Origin: Raillietiella orientalis
Lineage: Eukaryota
Assembly (NCBI GenBank): GCA_036172245.1
Contig: JAYWIR010000023.1
Coordinates: forward strand, 682,001 to 746,000
DNA: 64,000 nt
Direction: 5' to 3'
Within the stretch, counting starts at the first letter, position 1. The number at the start of each line of letters is the position of its first letter. The notes beneath the pieces were generated by a model that had not been told where the DNA came from, searched no databases, and was given only the letters and a program-made list of their open reading frames with translations. A program made the position numbers and the translations under genes. Shown piece by piece: positions 61,525 to 64,000 of the stretch.

Positions 61525-64000
61525 CTAGGGAAATACAGGAATGAGTTTTTCCACACGAAAGATCGAGTTTAAGAATTCAGCGTGTTTCAACTTTGGGGTC
61601 ACATTTCCGACTTTTAGGAGAATCAGCTGGAGCCCTTTCCACGTAGTACACTACGTGAACAAGAAGGGCACGTGGTGCCTATCCATTCACCCACAAATCC
61701 ATTCAGTGCATCGAATTGGTTCATGAATGAATTCCTCCTGCTTTTGCTACTTTTTCCGTATATGACATCCATCGCTCGCTCACTCACGCGTCCCACACAC
61801 GGCGTGTTTTTTGCGCGGGAGAGGCTGCGTCCGTGCTAAGATATCGAATCACACATACTTCACAGATATCTGTGTGTACGGTGTTATCAAAGTGGATGTG
61901 TCGCTGCTGACGTGGTTTAGGTCTATGGATTCAAATCGAGATCGATGGTACGCATTTCAAATGAATTGCAAAATGTGTGCTGTGACATCCATCTGAAATT
62001 TGTATGGAAGATTTGGGGGACGTTTACCATCGACTAGGGCCTGGAATATCTAACATTTTAAGCAGGAAATGTCTGATTTGATGTGAAAAATGGTATTTGC
62101 AAAAGTGCCAGAGGACCGTGACTGCTCGGAGGAGAGTTTCTGGTGGTCTGAATACAAATTCGGGCGTTCTCAATTTCTCATCTGGACGCCTGGCGACGAG
62201 AATTTTCTTTGAGAATTTTCTTCAAGAGTTTTCTGAATATTCATGGGAAGAGACGTGCTTCCGAAAAACCAAGGAGGAGGATCTCGGCAGAGGAAAAAGC
62301 TGGGAATTGAAAGCTCATGTTCTTGATCTACCCTACAGCATTTTCCTTAAAAAGGAAAAAAGGAGGAGGACGAACTGGATTGGGAATGGAGTCTCCTTTA
62401 GCATGGAGCTTCATATGCACATCATTTGAAATCCGCTGGAATTTCAAAACAATGACCTCAGTCTGGGAGTAGGGACTTTACTGATTTTCAAAGCATCCCT
62501 CCTTTATGCCTTTCAAGGATTCCAGTGAGGATCCCCTTGTGAGATGGTCATTCAGGTCGGTGTGCTGTGGATCATAAGCCAGACGAAACATACCGAAGGG
62601 CGTATGTTTTCCCGAGCTGATTCCATTCATTCAACCTATCTGCGTAGAACCCATCTAGCAATCAGATGACTTTTAAACGCGTTCCCCTGTTTTCCGGATT
62701 CCAGGAGAAATCCGGGAATCTTTCTAGAAACGCAGGAATCCACCTAAGAAATCTGACGGAACGAAGGGAATTCGGCAGAGGCTGGCTGCTCGTCCCGGGG
62801 AGGAAATTATTTAAAACACAGTCGGTATTTTCTGTCCCCTTCCAGACAGGGGTTTGCTGAACTTGAAGTTTACTGCAAGGGCTTCACGGGTGACTAGCGG
62901 TGTCATGTGAGTCGGCGGAGTGTGGCTTCCTTCCTCATACCAAGGCTCAGCCTCGTCTCTCTGATGCAATTTTCCGGCCTGTGTGCCTAAATTATGGCTG
63001 CAACGACACCGTGCGTCAGCGAACCGCCGTCACGGCTAAAGCGACTCACTCTTCGACGTGCGTGCGTGCGACTTACGCGCGAGCGCACGTCCGACCGCGC
63101 TGCCGTCTCGCATTACGCGCGCCAACTCTTCCGCGTCGCGTCATCGGCCCGACGCCGTTCCATTCGCTTCCATTTTGAATACACAAATGGGCGAAATCGC
63201 CCGGGGACCCCGATCCACCCATCTATTCATTTCGCCTTTCCGTTTCTTGCAGTTGTAGAATGTGTGTGCACGCCGCACCTGCGACAAACACTGCGGACAC
63301 GACTCCCTCCTTCCTTAATTAAAAGCGCTTCCTGCGAACCTCATAAACGGAGCTATTGTTCTTTTACTGTGCTGGCAAACGAAGTGAGACCGTCATCAAA
63401 TTAATATCAGTTCTTAAAATCGTTCTTGGTTTCAATCACTGGTGGTGCCCTGGCAGCTCCGTATCTCCCGAATGTAAACAGTGAGCAGACCACTTCATCC
63501 GTTCATGTTTCCTGGATTTCAGAGCGCCTTTTTGCTACTGAATTTCCCTTTCCGTACCAGGAATCGTTCCCTTTTAGAGTGCACCTCCGTTTGTGTGAAA
63601 GGCCTCGGATCTTCTCGTCTGGTTCTCTTTCTCAGAGTTCAGCGAATCGAAAGGTATGCTCGCTCTTGTCCTTTCGAGTCCAGCAAGCTCTTTTCGATGG
63701 CAGAAGGCGGGCGGTCTTCGAATCACAGAGCTCTTTGAAGACATTCTCAAGAAACTCAGCTCTGGATCACTTTCTCCGGAAAGTGCCACAAGTAACAGGC
63801 TATGGTGCTAGCTTGAAAGTTGACTAGGTCGAACCCACGTCCCAGATGCCTTTGCCAAGGCAGAAGGCCGCAGAACGAGAAGGAGAAATTCGCGCGGAGC
63901 CTTTGCGAAGAGCGCAGCATCCGGAAAGGGCACCGGAGCTGCGCGAAGAGTAGAGTTTCCAAACTCTGCAAGCGAACCTCAGCTCACAACTCGCGTCCGA

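Noticed and set aside
1..64000. CRISPR arrays, rRNA, tRNA or prokaryotic operons
   Set aside because: None seen; the sequence is spliced eukaryotic DNA without regular repeat-spacer structure or recognisable tRNA cloverleafs.

Overview
Eukaryotic, intron-rich animal DNA, most likely a non-Drosophila arthropod (the species cannot be determined from sequence). The main content is a head-to-tail pair of frequenin/neuronal calcium sensor-1 (NCS-1) genes on the minus strand. Gene A is complete: 7 coding exons from 48464 to 17745, 188 aa, with an N-myristoylation start MGKKNSK. Gene B is represented by its last two coding exons (61524-61436 and 49427-49263); its stop lies only 798 nt upstream of gene A's ATG, inside a ~10-kb very GC-rich domain. 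The left end carries two 3' exons of an LHFPL2-like tetraspan gene that may be decaying. The rest is large introns and intergenic DNA full of degenerate transposon relics: L1/Tx1-like ORF1 plus endonuclease, pogo, Tc1/mariner, piggyBac-like, and CR1/L2-, jockey- and RTE-like LINEs. Most ORFs in the supplied track are spurious. The most interesting observations are the old NCS-1 duplication with asymmetric, GC-shifted divergence; the compact B-A junction with an acceptor lacking a local donor (nested promoter or trans-splicing); a 29-nt candidate exon that could give an EF4-less isoform or an EF4-only microprotein; and a histone H4-like relic next to a retroelement endonuclease. All homology calls are by-eye motif recognition, not database searches.
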